From contig JBDRNU010000006.1 in NCBI GenBank assembly GCA_043810775.1, forward strand, positions 1-33,239: DNA of 33,239 bases. Reading direction: 5' to 3'. The DNA is from an archaeon (GTDB lineage: Archaea > Nanobdellota > Nanobdellia > Pacearchaeales > GW2011-AR1). A program made the position numbers and the translations under genes. A model generated the notes under the pieces. That model made no database searches. It saw only the letters and a program-made list of their open reading frames with translations, and was not told the DNA's origin. Below, one piece after another: positions 17,659-26,490 of the stretch. How positions within the stretch are numbered: the first letter of the stretch is position 1; each line of letters begins with the position of its first letter.

Positions 17659-18195
17659 TTAACTCACAAATAAATTATTTCTTCTTTCTTCCAATAGCTC
17701 TTCCATTATTCTTTTCTCAATTGCCCTCCTTGGGTCAGGAAGACTTGGAATTCTTTTCTTTATCTCTTCAAAATCTAAAAATTCCTTTTCTTTTCTTGCT
17801 TCTAGTATTTCTTTGGTGTGCTTCTTTCCAAATCCAGGAAGCAGTTCTATTTGATGTAATCTGGTATTTATAGCATCTGCTTTGTTGAAGAATTCAACAA
17901 ATCTTTTCTCCTGTTCTTTAAGAAGATTTTCAACAAAATCATTAAGCTGCATCTTAGAATTCTCAGTTATCTTTTCCTTTGGCAATCTTCCTAAGATATA
18001 GTATATCTTATCCCTCTTGCCCGGACCTATATAAACTTTTTCATTTACTTTAAGGGCAACTCCCTTTCTTGGAACTAATTGTAAGAGTGTTAAGTTCTGA
18101 ACTCCTATAGCCTGAGCTATTGGAATCATTTTCCCCTCCAAAGGATACCCATATGGGAGGTAATCTAATATAATTACATATTCTTCCTTTTCCAT
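17659..18195 (-). CDS. DUF655 family OB-fold/HhH nucleic-acid-binding protein
   Basis: EEY-IILDYLP-G, FVEFFNKA--I-TRLHQIELLPGFGKK; usual neighbour of rpoF. Confidence 0.9.
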   Translation of the reverse strand: MEKEEYVIILDYLPYGYPLEGKMIPIAQAIGVQNLTLLQLVPRKGVALKVNEKVYIGPGKRDKIYYILGRLPKEKITENSKMQLNDFVENLLKEQEKRFVEFFNKADAINTRLHQIELLPGFGKKHTKEILEARKEKEFLDFEEIKKRIPSLPDPRRAIEKRIMEELLEERRNNLFVS

Positions 18196-18200
18196 TTTCT

Positions 18201-18500
18201 TTATTTAGATTTTTTAATGATCTCAAGTATACTTTTGATTTCATTCTCATCTAAGCTAGCATCTACAAATATTTTATTTATATCTTGACTGTCTTCTGGC
18301 ATAAGATCAACAATTTTAACTATATGCTCTTCTTTTATCTTTATATTCTCAAGTTTTTGTATCTCTGCTCTGATTTTGTGGGCCAATGAAGCCTTTGTCT
18401 TACAGAACTTTTTCACATAATTTATAATTTCCTTTTCTTCTTTACTTTCAAGTATCTCTTTGACTTCTGCTAAACTTAATGGAGTGCTTTCTTTTATCAT
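18201..18500 (-). CDS. rpoF: Archaeal RNA polymerase subunit F (Rpo4)
   Basis: PLSLAEVKEIL, KIVDLMP; position between L21e and DUF655. Confidence 0.88.
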   Translation of the reverse strand: MIKESTPLSLAEVKEILESKEEKEIINYVKKFCKTKASLAHKIRAEIQKLENIKIKEEHIVKIVDLMPEDSQDINKIFVDASLDENEIKSILEIIKKSK

Positions 18501-18748
18501 TTTAATTTCTTTAAATGTATAGCATTTATTATAAACCTTTTCACCTGGTTATTATCTTTAAGTTTGACAATATAAGCTTTTCCTTTCTTGCCTTCTATTA
18601 CTCCTGAATCTCCTCTTATTCTTAAAGGAAACCCTGCTCTCAAGCTTGGCTCTTTTACTACAGCTACTCTATCTCCTTCATTTAGCTCCTTAAAGTACTC
18701 ACTAAGGCGTATTTTTCCTTTTTGCCTGATATTTTTCTTGATTCTCAT
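18497..18748 (-). CDS. rpl21e: 50S ribosomal protein eL21
   Basis: GDRV, G-P--RG--GVI-GK-GKAYIV, HLK. Confidence 0.93.
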   Translation of the reverse strand: MRIKKNIRQKGKIRLSEYFKELNEGDRVAVVKEPSLRAGFPLRIRGDSGVIEGKKGKAYIVKLKDNNQVKRFIINAIHLKKLK

Positions 18749-19068
18749 TTTGTTTTGTTTTTGTGGACTTTATGCTCTATTTCATGAAGCAGTTTTTCCA
18801 TTACTTCAGCCAGTGCAGCAAATAAGTTATACTCTGAAGCTTCTGAACTGAATATCCTGTTACTTGTTTTTAAGCTGCCATTAACTTGGTGCAAAAAAGC
18901 CTTTCCTCGTCTTGACTTTTTCAGTTTCAGTTGCAAGTAATCATAAGTGCATTTTAAACTTATCTTATGATCATAGTTTCTTATAATATTGTCTACTATG
19001 GCTTTTTCTGCTGGTTCTAGGTCAAATCCAGACAGTAATAGCTGCCCCATAGTCTTTATGTTTGCCAT
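18745..19068 (-). CDS. Putative HPF/RaiA-like (ribosome hibernation fold) protein
   Basis: Beta-alpha-beta-beta-beta-alpha pattern ending FSSEASEYNLFAALAEVMEKLLHEI, resembling the HPF C-terminal helix; ATGA-coupled to L21e. Confidence 0.55.
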   Translation of the reverse strand: MANIKTMGQLLLSGFDLEPAEKAIVDNIIRNYDHKISLKCTYDYLQLKLKKSRRGKAFLHQVNGSLKTSNRIFSSEASEYNLFAALAEVMEKLLHEIEHKVHKNKTK

Positions 19069-19103
19069 ATTATCTATTATTTACAGAAAGAGTTTTTTGC
19101 TTT

Positions 19104-19358
19104 TTAAACCTTATTATTTGGGTTTTTGTCGTTTAAATTGCTTTTTGCCCGCCTAAAATCACTATCCAGACAGCTTCTTTTTAGTTCTTCATTTACAAGC
19201 CCCTGATCAAGATCCCCTTTTTCTCTAGCCCCATTCATATTGTCTATTATTGCCTTAAACATCCTATCTCCCCATACTCCTATTCCGCACCTGTCGCATA
19301 CATCTACTGCTCTGTCATCTTCAATTAGTCCCTTGCAATATACGCACCTCTTTGTCAT
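19104..19358 (-). CDS. Small zinc-finger protein (CxxC...CxxC)
   Basis: CVYC and CDRC pairs. Confidence 0.7.
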   Translation of the reverse strand: MTKRCVYCKGLIEDDRAVDVCDRCGIGVWGDRMFKAIIDNMNGAREKGDLDQGLVNEELKRSCLDSDFRRAKSNLNDKNPNNKV

Positions 19359-19447
19359 TTATTATTTATTTCTAGCTAGTTTTTAAATTTATCTGTGGTT
19401 AATTTGGATATAGAAATCTTTATATATTCTAAAGTTTGAATTTAGGC

Positions 19448-20338
19448 ATGCCAACTGAAGTTGGGGTGAAGTACAATGAACAAGAAGTTGATGCTATTGT
19501 AAATGCGTCTTCTGACCCTGAGTTAACTAAATTAGTTCTAGCCAAATTATCAAATGCTGGAAAGGATATTCCTCCTCTTCATGTTCTTGCAGAAAATTTA
19601 GGTATAGAGATAAACGAGTTAAGAGATATAGGTTTTTATCTGGATAGGAATAATATCATAAAACCTTCAATGCTTTTATCTGTAAATAATTTAAATAAAG
19701 AAGCCCAACTAGTTATTGCCTGCCCTGTAAGCATAAATTACTATTTTCAGTCTGACCTTCCTTTTGGTCCAGCTATTTCTTTTTATAAATCTCAACTTTC
19801 TCAAAAAGATTTAGTTAAGTTAATGACTAGTGTTTCTGATTCAGTGAAATTTAGGTATAAAAAAGGATTTACACTTTCAAGAGATTCACTAGATAAAATC
19901 AGAGAAGCAATGCATAGTGAAGTAGAATCCCTGCTAGAAAAACAAGCTGATATGTATGGGGCAGAAAAAGATTTTGGAAGTTTTGCCAATTTTCCTTCTT
20001 TTGTGAAAAAAGCTAACCCTCATTCAACTCTTGGGTTTCAAGATAAAGTTTATTTTGAACTTGAAGCAGAATTTACAACTGCTCAGGCTGCAGCTAATGA
20101 AGGCTTTCATGATGCAATTGGAAGTGTTCAGCTAAGCAGAGAGCATCATGTGTTTGATAGAGGGATATCTGAAATTGGTTATGCTGTTCGTGTTGATAAT
20201 AATTCAAAAAACAGAAAATTTTCTTTTCTTAATCTGCGCAGGTGTCCTGAAGCTAGTTATGGTAGTCATTCACTAATGAAAGAAACAGCAATGATAAATG
20301 AAGATTTAGTGAGCAGATTAGAAAATTCACTTAGTTAA
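19448..20338 (+). CDS. Hypothetical protein, possible N-terminal winged helix
   Basis: Long ORF; TATA-like element at ~19418-19426 favours ATG 19448; LAENLGI---ELR is HTH-like. Confidence 0.7.
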   Translation: MPTEVGVKYNEQEVDAIVNASSDPELTKLVLAKLSNAGKDIPPLHVLAENLGIEINELRDIGFYLDRNNIIKPSMLLSVNNLNKEAQLVIACPVSINYYFQSDLPFGPAISFYKSQLSQKDLVKLMTSVSDSVKFRYKKGFTLSRDSLDKIREAMHSEVESLLEKQADMYGAEKDFGSFANFPSFVKKANPHSTLGFQDKVYFELEAEFTTAQAAANEGFHDAIGSVQLSREHHVFDRGISEIGYAVRVDNNSKNRKFSFLNLRRCPEASYGSHSLMKETAMINEDLVSRLENSLS

Positions 20339-20357
20339 GTTAGATATTTTAGTTTTT

Positions 20358-20576
20358 TTATTCTGTAGAATGAGTTTTGTCTTTTTCAAAAGCCACTTCA
20401 ACTAAATCTACAAGTTTTCCAGAATCTCCATCACAAACTTCCCTTATTGCTTGTGCCAATAAATGAAAACCATAATAATCACCGCCTTCACCCCTTCCAT
20501 GTTCAGCTTGCATATAATCTTCCCACCCCCTTGATTTTTCTTCTGTCCATAGAGCTGATTTTCTTAATACCATCAT
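20358..20576 (-). CDS. Small hypothetical protein
   Basis: 72-aa ATG ORF with an upstream TATA-like element. Confidence 0.5.
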   Translation of the reverse strand: MMVLRKSALWTEEKSRGWEDYMQAEHGRGEGGDYYGFHLLAQAIREVCDGDSGKLVDLVEVAFEKDKTHSTE

Positions 20577-20650
20577 ATAATAAAATTTAAGAATTATTTA
20601 AATTTATCTAAGTTGTAAGGGCACTTTGTTCAAATTTTTCTTCTTCCATT

Positions 20651-20956
20651 TTAATTAAAAATTGAATCTTCAAATAGCTCAATATCTAAGCCCTCTTGCC
20701 TTAATCTTTCTAAATCAATCACCTCACTGCAAATAAAATACCAGTTGCCTCCAACACTCCATATCTGCTCTCGTATTTTGCTTCTTTCTTCAGGATTTCC
20801 ATTATCAACTTTTTCTGTAATTAAGTTAACAGCACTTCTATAACTTTGAAAATCTTCGACGCTGTTAACTACATATTTTGGATGTGGGCTTATAATTTCT
20901 CTAAATTGCTCTTCATCGCTTCTTGGGTCAGCTATATAACTTTCCATTTTATTCAT
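20651..20956 (-). CDS. Hypothetical protein
   Basis: 101-aa acidic ORF overlapping or abutting the permease stop. Confidence 0.6.
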   Translation of the reverse strand: MNKMESYIADPRSDEEQFREIISPHPKYVVNSVEDFQSYRSAVNLITEKVDNGNPEERSKIREQIWSVGGNWYFICSEVIDLERLRQEGLDIELFEDSIFN

Positions 20957-22172
20957 ACCTCAGCGCATCAACTGGCCTTAATTTACTTGCCTGCAATGCT
21001 GGCAGAAATCCAGAAGCACTTCCAATCACAAAAGCAAAAGCCAGGCTTCCTAAAACTAGCCATAAAGGATAGCTTACTTGAAGTAAGTTAGTGCCCAGCT
21101 GATTTATTGCAATATACTCAATTATCTGCCCTATTACTATCCCAAGAATAACCCCTATAATCCCTCCAATTAATCCCAAATATCCAGACTCAATTACAAA
21201 TATTTTCAAAATATCAGAATTTCTTGCTCCTACAGCCTTCATTGTGCCTATTTCCTTTGTCCTCTCAATAACACTGGTGTACATTGTGTTCATAATCCCT
21301 ATTGCTCCCACAACCAAGCTGATAGTGGCAATTCCTACTAAAAATCCAGTAATAATATTTAATATATCTCCAAAACTTCTCAAAATTTCTTCAGGAGTTA
21401 ATACTGAAAAATCTTTTGTTTTCTCAGTCAACCCCCTGTCTTTAATTAGTTTTTTTTCCACCTTTTCAGATATATCTTTAACATCTTCCCCAGGCTGAAT
21501 CTGCACAATAATCTCATCAACCCTGTCTCCAGCTTCTGGAAAAATTTCCTTAAAGCCCTCTAAAGGAATATAAATATTTCTGTCATCTTCAGAGTTTCCC
21601 ATGCTTTCCAAAATTCCAACAACCTTAAACTCTTTATTTTGAATCACTAGCTTATCTCCAGCTCCTACTGGCTTTGAAAAAAAATCTCCATACTTATAAT
21701 CATATCCTATCATAATATTATTTTTATCTCCCCCCCGTATTAGTCTTCCCTCTTCTGCTTTTATTGACATTGCTTCATAAATTGATTCATACACACTCAC
21801 CTTATCCATTGGTATTCCTAAAATCATTCTAAATCTTTGTTCATCGCCAAACTCAATTTTCCCATTTCCAATTGTTACATAAGAAACAGCTTTTACACCG
21901 CTGACTCTTTCTACACTATCCACATCCCTGATAGTTAGTTCAGCAGCTCCCCCGCTTCCTGGAGGTCCAAACTGCCCTGCAGCCATTATGAAAAATTTAT
22001 CACTTCCCAACTGCCTGAACTGTTCCTTTACAGCATTTTCAAGCCCAACCGACAAGCTTACCAGAACAAATATAATTGCAACTGACATTAAAATTCCAAC
22101 TATAGTTAGCCAGCTTCTTAGTCTTCTTCTCCTTGTATTCTTCAAAGCTAGTGTAAAATAATCTTTTATCAT
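20949..22172 (-). CDS. ABC transporter permease, MacB/FtsX (SalY) family
   Basis: LRSWLTIVGI, ERTKEIGTMKAVGAR, LRPVDALRYE. Confidence 0.93.
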   Translation of the reverse strand: MIKDYFTLALKNTRRRRLRSWLTIVGILMSVAIIFVLVSLSVGLENAVKEQFRQLGSDKFFIMAAGQFGPPGSGGAAELTIRDVDSVERVSGVKAVSYVTIGNGKIEFGDEQRFRMILGIPMDKVSVYESIYEAMSIKAEEGRLIRGGDKNNIMIGYDYKYGDFFSKPVGAGDKLVIQNKEFKVVGILESMGNSEDDRNIYIPLEGFKEIFPEAGDRVDEIIVQIQPGEDVKDISEKVEKKLIKDRGLTEKTKDFSVLTPEEILRSFGDILNIITGFLVGIATISLVVGAIGIMNTMYTSVIERTKEIGTMKAVGARNSDILKIFVIESGYLGLIGGIIGVILGIVIGQIIEYIAINQLGTNLLQVSYPLWLVLGSLAFAFVIGSASGFLPALQASKLRPVDALRYE

Positions 22173-22678
22173 TTTCTGGAATTATCCGGATAATAAGTCA
22201 TTTTTTTAAGTTTATCAAGATCATTAAAATCTAATTCAGTAAAACAAGAATCAATATTGTTTGCTTTAACATATTCTGCAAGGTCTTTTATTACATTAGC
22301 CATTGATCTAAGTGTATCTCTTTCATAATCTTTTTTTATTGAATGTGAATGAAGGCGCACTACTGTTTTATATCTTCTTATTCTTAAATAATGATTATAT
22401 ATTTCATCAGGCATATTCAAAAGTTCTTTCATTACTTCAGGTTCGCCAGGATTTTCATTTTTTTCAATTTGAATGGTTATATTCCCTTCATGCCAAACTA
22501 AATCATGATTTTCTCCATGTATATGAGGTTCATATTTGCCTGTTTTTTCTAAATTTTCTATTAATCTTTTATAATGAATTTCCATATATATCTCATAATT
22601 GCTCCATAAATTGTATTTTTCTCTTAAGTCTTCATCAGGGCAGTTTTCAAGAGCTTCTAAAAATTCTTCTAAATTCAT
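22169..22678 (-). CDS. Hypothetical protein inserted between the two permeases
   Basis: ATG 22678 lies just after the permease stop; its own stop overlaps the next ATG (ATGA). Confidence 0.65.
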   Translation of the reverse strand: MNLEEFLEALENCPDEDLREKYNLWSNYEIYMEIHYKRLIENLEKTGKYEPHIHGENHDLVWHEGNITIQIEKNENPGEPEVMKELLNMPDEIYNHYLRIRRYKTVVRLHSHSIKKDYERDTLRSMANVIKDLAEYVKANNIDSCFTELDFNDLDKLKKMTYYPDNSRK

Positions 22679-22679
22679 C

Positions 22680-23897
22680 TCATCCTCGCAGCGCATCAAC
22701 TGGCCTTAGTTTACTTGCTTGTAAAGCTGGAAGTAATCCAGAAAGTATTCCAACTAAAAATGAAAAAACCACGGAGCCAATTACCAGTGGCCAGGAAATT
22801 TCAAAGTCGAATATATTATTTCCAAAAAAAGCATTTGCCCCACTTGATGCACTGTAAGCCATTCCCAGCCCCAGAATAACCCCTATAATCCCTCCAATTA
22901 ATCCCAGCAATCCAGACTCAATCAAGAAAACAAAAAGAATATCAGAATTCCTAGCTCCTACAGCCTTCATTGTGCCTATTTCCTTTGTCCTTTCAAGAAC
23001 ACCAGTGTACATTGTATTGGCAATTCCTATTCCCCCGACAATCAGAGAAATAACTGCTATCCCAATTACAATTATATTAACTATATTCAAAATAGTATCT
23101 ACTGCCTGTAATCCTTCTACAGGAGTCTGCACTTTAAAGTCTTCTTCACCCACTTTTTCATCCCTATCTCTTCGCATCTCTTTTTTAATATTTTCTGCAA
23201 CCTTTTCAATTTCATCCTGATTTTCTACCTGAATAGCAATTAAATCAATTTCATCATCTATATCAAGCAAGTCCTTCATATCACTTTCAAGTATCACCAT
23301 TGCAGAATTAATAGTAAAAGTAGAGCTTCTTTGCATAATTCCAATAACTTCAAATTCCCTGCCTTGAATCAGGATTTTTGAGCCAACACCAAGCCTTTTT
23401 CCAAAATCTATATTACTTGAAAAATCATCTCCAAGAAGCACTTTTCCTTTATCTTGCTCTCCAAGTTTCTTGCCTTGGGCAGTATCAACATTCATCTCTT
23501 TATAGATAAAATCAATCTTATCCCTGTCTTCTGGCATACTTACTATGTAACTAAATCTTAAATTTTTATTATACTCTACCTTCACAGCTCTCAGTAACCT
23601 GGGTACAATTTGCTTTATTCCAGAAACTTTTTCAATTACATTAACATCATGTTCATTAAGCTTTCTTACAGCCGTGCTTCCTGGAGGTGAGAAGCCAGTA
23701 TCTGCCCCAGTTACTGTTAAAATATCTGTAGATAAAGATTGAAACTGTCCTGTTACCGCTGTTCTCAAGCCTTGCCCTAATGTTATCAGCGAGACTACAG
23801 CAGCAATCCCAATGAATATGCCAATCATAGTAAGCCAGCTTCTTAGTCTCCTTCTTCTCAGGCTTTTTAATGATAATAAGAAGTAGTCAGCTAGCAT
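22680..23897 (-). CDS. ABC transporter permease, MacB/FtsX (SalY) family
   Basis: LRSWLTMIGIFIG, ERTKEIGTMKAVGAR, LRPVDALRG. Confidence 0.93.
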   Translation of the reverse strand: MLADYFLLSLKSLRRRRLRSWLTMIGIFIGIAAVVSLITLGQGLRTAVTGQFQSLSTDILTVTGADTGFSPPGSTAVRKLNEHDVNVIEKVSGIKQIVPRLLRAVKVEYNKNLRFSYIVSMPEDRDKIDFIYKEMNVDTAQGKKLGEQDKGKVLLGDDFSSNIDFGKRLGVGSKILIQGREFEVIGIMQRSSTFTINSAMVILESDMKDLLDIDDEIDLIAIQVENQDEIEKVAENIKKEMRRDRDEKVGEEDFKVQTPVEGLQAVDTILNIVNIIVIGIAVISLIVGGIGIANTMYTGVLERTKEIGTMKAVGARNSDILFVFLIESGLLGLIGGIIGVILGLGMAYSASSGANAFFGNNIFDFEISWPLVIGSVVFSFLVGILSGLLPALQASKLRPVDALRG

Positions 23898-23901
23898 GGG
23901 T

Positions 23902-24777
23902 CTATCTCCCTGTTTGTTTTAACTTATTCCTTTTTTTCCTAGCTTTAAATATTCTATAAACAATATAAACTAAAATTAGTAGCACTGCAATACTCACATA
24001 AGCCCCAGTGTTACTCTTAGGTATTAACCCAAGCTGTATTGCTTCTTGCTGAGTATATGCAGTTAAAATTATATTTTCATCCTGAAACTGATTTTTATTG
24101 CTAGAGTCTTTATACTCTATAGTTATTGGAAGGCTTATTGTTTTGGCAGCACTAGAATCTATAAATATGCTAAAATCTGCTGACTGGAAATCATCACTAT
24201 CAATATCCCCTATATATGCTGAGCTTGAGCCAATAACTCTTATTCCTGGAGCATTATTAATGTTTACAATTAAAAATTTTGCATCTCCTAATCCTGAATT
24301 CACTATTTTTATAGTTAGCTTGTTTTCCTGTCCTTTAATTAAGCTGTCTTCATATTCAACTCTTAATTCTGGTAGTGAGGTAATTGTCAAGCTTATTAAG
24401 CTTGAATCTTGTTTTTCAATATCATTTAAAGTATAACCTATTATTACAGGAATCTTATATACTCCTGCTTTTGCATCTGGCAGTGCTTCTAAATTGAAAC
24501 TTATACTTTTTTCATTATTATCATTTATCTCATCAAATGTTCTGTCAACTCCTGAGCTTGATGGGGCAAATGGCAAGTCTCTTAAATCTAGCGAAACTCT
24601 TACGTTTTGCACTGCAGTATCAAAATTATTTTCTATATTCATACTTATCTTAACTTGCTCTCCTGGTTTAACTTCACTAGGAGCTGATTGAATATTTTTT
24701 AAGTCAAGAGCAGTTATGCCAGTCATTCCAGCTACTAATAATAAAGCAAAAATTGTAATTATAATTTGATTTTTCAT
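23902..24777 (-). CDS. COG1361-type (S-layer-domain/CARDB-like) surface protein
   Basis: Signal peptide, two Ig-like beta repeats (P-EVKPGE...; IVNSGLGDAK...YIGDIDSDD), C-terminal TM helix plus basic tail; lies within the ABC operon. Confidence 0.75.
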   Translation of the reverse strand: MKNQIIITIFALLLVAGMTGITALDLKNIQSAPSEVKPGEQVKISMNIENNFDTAVQNVRVSLDLRDLPFAPSSSGVDRTFDEINDNNEKSISFNLEALPDAKAGVYKIPVIIGYTLNDIEKQDSSLISLTITSLPELRVEYEDSLIKGQENKLTIKIVNSGLGDAKFLIVNINNAPGIRVIGSSSAYIGDIDSDDFQSADFSIFIDSSAAKTISLPITIEYKDSSNKNQFQDENIILTAYTQQEAIQLGLIPKSNTGAYVSIAVLLILVYIVYRIFKARKKRNKLKQTGR

Positions 24778-24841
24778 TTTATATACTCAGAATAAGGCCT
24801 CTGATATGCCACCACCTCTCACTCTTGCAAATTTTTAAACT

Positions 24842-25528
24842 TTATAAGTTTTTCCTTTTATCAACCTCTCCATCCCTCAGTCTTATTATCTTATTAGCTT
24901 GTTTGGCTTTTTCCATGTCATGAGTAACCATTATAATAGTCTTTCCCTGTTTGTTTAGCTTTTTTAAGATATCCATTACATCATTTCCAGTTTTAGTGTC
25001 AAGATTTCCAGTTGGTTCATCAGCCAGTATTACTTCAGGGTCATTTGCCAGAGCTCTTGCAATTGCCACTCTCTGCCGTTCTCCTCCTGATAGTTCGCCG
25101 GGCACATGAAAAAGCCTGTGCCCTAATCCTAACTCTCCCAAGAGTCTTTCAGCTTTTTCTTCCCTCTCATCCTGGGAAATTCCCTGAAATATCATTGGAA
25201 GCATTACATTTTCCAGTGCATTTAAAGTAGGTATTAAGTTAAATGTCTGGAATATAAATCCTATCTTTTTCCCTCTTATCTGAGCTAAGTCAGACTCACT
25301 TAAATGCTCTATATCTATATTATCAAGAAAAATATCCCCTTCACTAGCAAGGTCTAGTGCTCCCACTAGATTCATCATTGTGCTTTTACCAGAGCCCGAA
25401 GGTCCCACAATTGCTATAAAATCACCTTTTTTAATCTCAAGGTTTACTTCACATATAGCTTTTATTGTCTCTTCACCCATCTCATAATACTTGCATACTT
25501 TCTTAAGCTGAATTATATTTTCTGCCAT
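24842..25528 (-). CDS. ABC transporter ATP-binding protein, LolD/MacB (SalX) family
   Basis: [33 protein letters not shown]. Confidence 0.96.
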   Translation of the reverse strand: MAENIIQLKKVCKYYEMGEETIKAICEVNLEIKKGDFIAIVGPSGSGKSTMMNLVGALDLASEGDIFLDNIDIEHLSESDLAQIRGKKIGFIFQTFNLIPTLNALENVMLPMIFQGISQDEREEKAERLLGELGLGHRLFHVPGELSGGERQRVAIARALANDPEVILADEPTGNLDTKTGNDVMDILKKLNKQGKTIIMVTHDMEKAKQANKIIRLRDGEVDKRKNL

Positions 25529-25572
25529 TTTAATAATCTTTAGATGATAGTAGTTACCCTTATAAATTTAGG

Positions 25573-26439
25573 TTAGTCTCTTCTTCTCTCTGCATTTTCA
25601 TAAGCTCTCCAAGCTTTAATATTTTTTGCGTCAGGTAAGGACCTATACATTGCAATGGCCTGCCTCCCACTAATTATTGGAGCTCCAACTCTCCCATACT
25701 TAATTGATTCTATTCTTCTTCCAGAATTTAATAAAGAACAATATTCTATTCTTGTTAATCCAAATTCTTCTCTCCATCTTTCAAGCAGTTCTTTTCCTGC
25801 TTCTAAATAAAACATTTGCCTTGAATCACTTAATCTTCCTTGTTCTTCTAATTCATCTGCCTGTCTCTGAGGTATATCTAAAAAATCATTTAGATTTTTT
25901 TTACTAAAATCAGGCATTTTGCCAAAAGGAAAAATCTTAATTCTTTCAGCAGAAGCTTCTCCTAAATAAGCATTTCTTACTATTTCTTCTGTTAATTTTT
26001 TAAGATCATATCCTACTGCTATTAAAGTCGCATCACAATCATCAATCATCATCCATCTTTTAGACAAGGCAATATAATTATCTTTATCAGTTATTAACAA
26101 TTCCTCTTCAACTTCTTTTCTAACAGCTTCCCATCTATCCACAGCTTCAGCTCTCTCTTCATACTCTTCAACTGGAATTGTGTATATTTCAGGAATCATC
26201 TTATCTGCTATTTTTCTTGTTTCATTATCTCTGTTTTGATATATTCCTATAAATTTATCAAAGCATATCAGTTCGCTTCCAAAAGTTCCCATAGCCCATT
26301 TCATATCTCTTGTCATTCCAAATTCATCAATATAACCTGTTTCATCTAAACTAGTAGGTTCTTTCATCCTTATTCCCCTCATATTCCCTTTTGCATACAA
26401 GAAAGGACTTTCAATTTCTTTAACTTTTGAGTGTTTCAT
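25573..26439 (-). CDS. Hypothetical protein, paralog of 9266-10132
   Basis: Shared motifs FIGIY, IAVGY, ERIKIF---MPDF, FGLTRIEY--L; a TATA-like element at ~26465-26473 favours ATG 26439. Confidence 0.75.
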   Translation of the reverse strand: MKHSKVKEIESPFLYAKGNMRGIRMKEPTSLDETGYIDEFGMTRDMKWAMGTFGSELICFDKFIGIYQNRDNETRKIADKMIPEIYTIPVEEYEERAEAVDRWEAVRKEVEEELLITDKDNYIALSKRWMMIDDCDATLIAVGYDLKKLTEEIVRNAYLGEASAERIKIFPFGKMPDFSKKNLNDFLDIPQRQADELEEQGRLSDSRQMFYLEAGKELLERWREEFGLTRIEYCSLLNSGRRIESIKYGRVGAPIISGRQAIAMYRSLPDAKNIKAWRAYENAERRRD

Positions 26440-26490
26440 CTTAATTAATTGTCTTTGATTGAACATTTAAATAATTTTTCATTTGAATTA

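Noticed and set aside
19403-19433. Resemblance to an archaeal dif site (TTTGGATATAG-AAATCT-TTATAT...)
   Set aside because: Right arm is out of register and the sequence fits a BRE/TATA promoter for ATG 19448.
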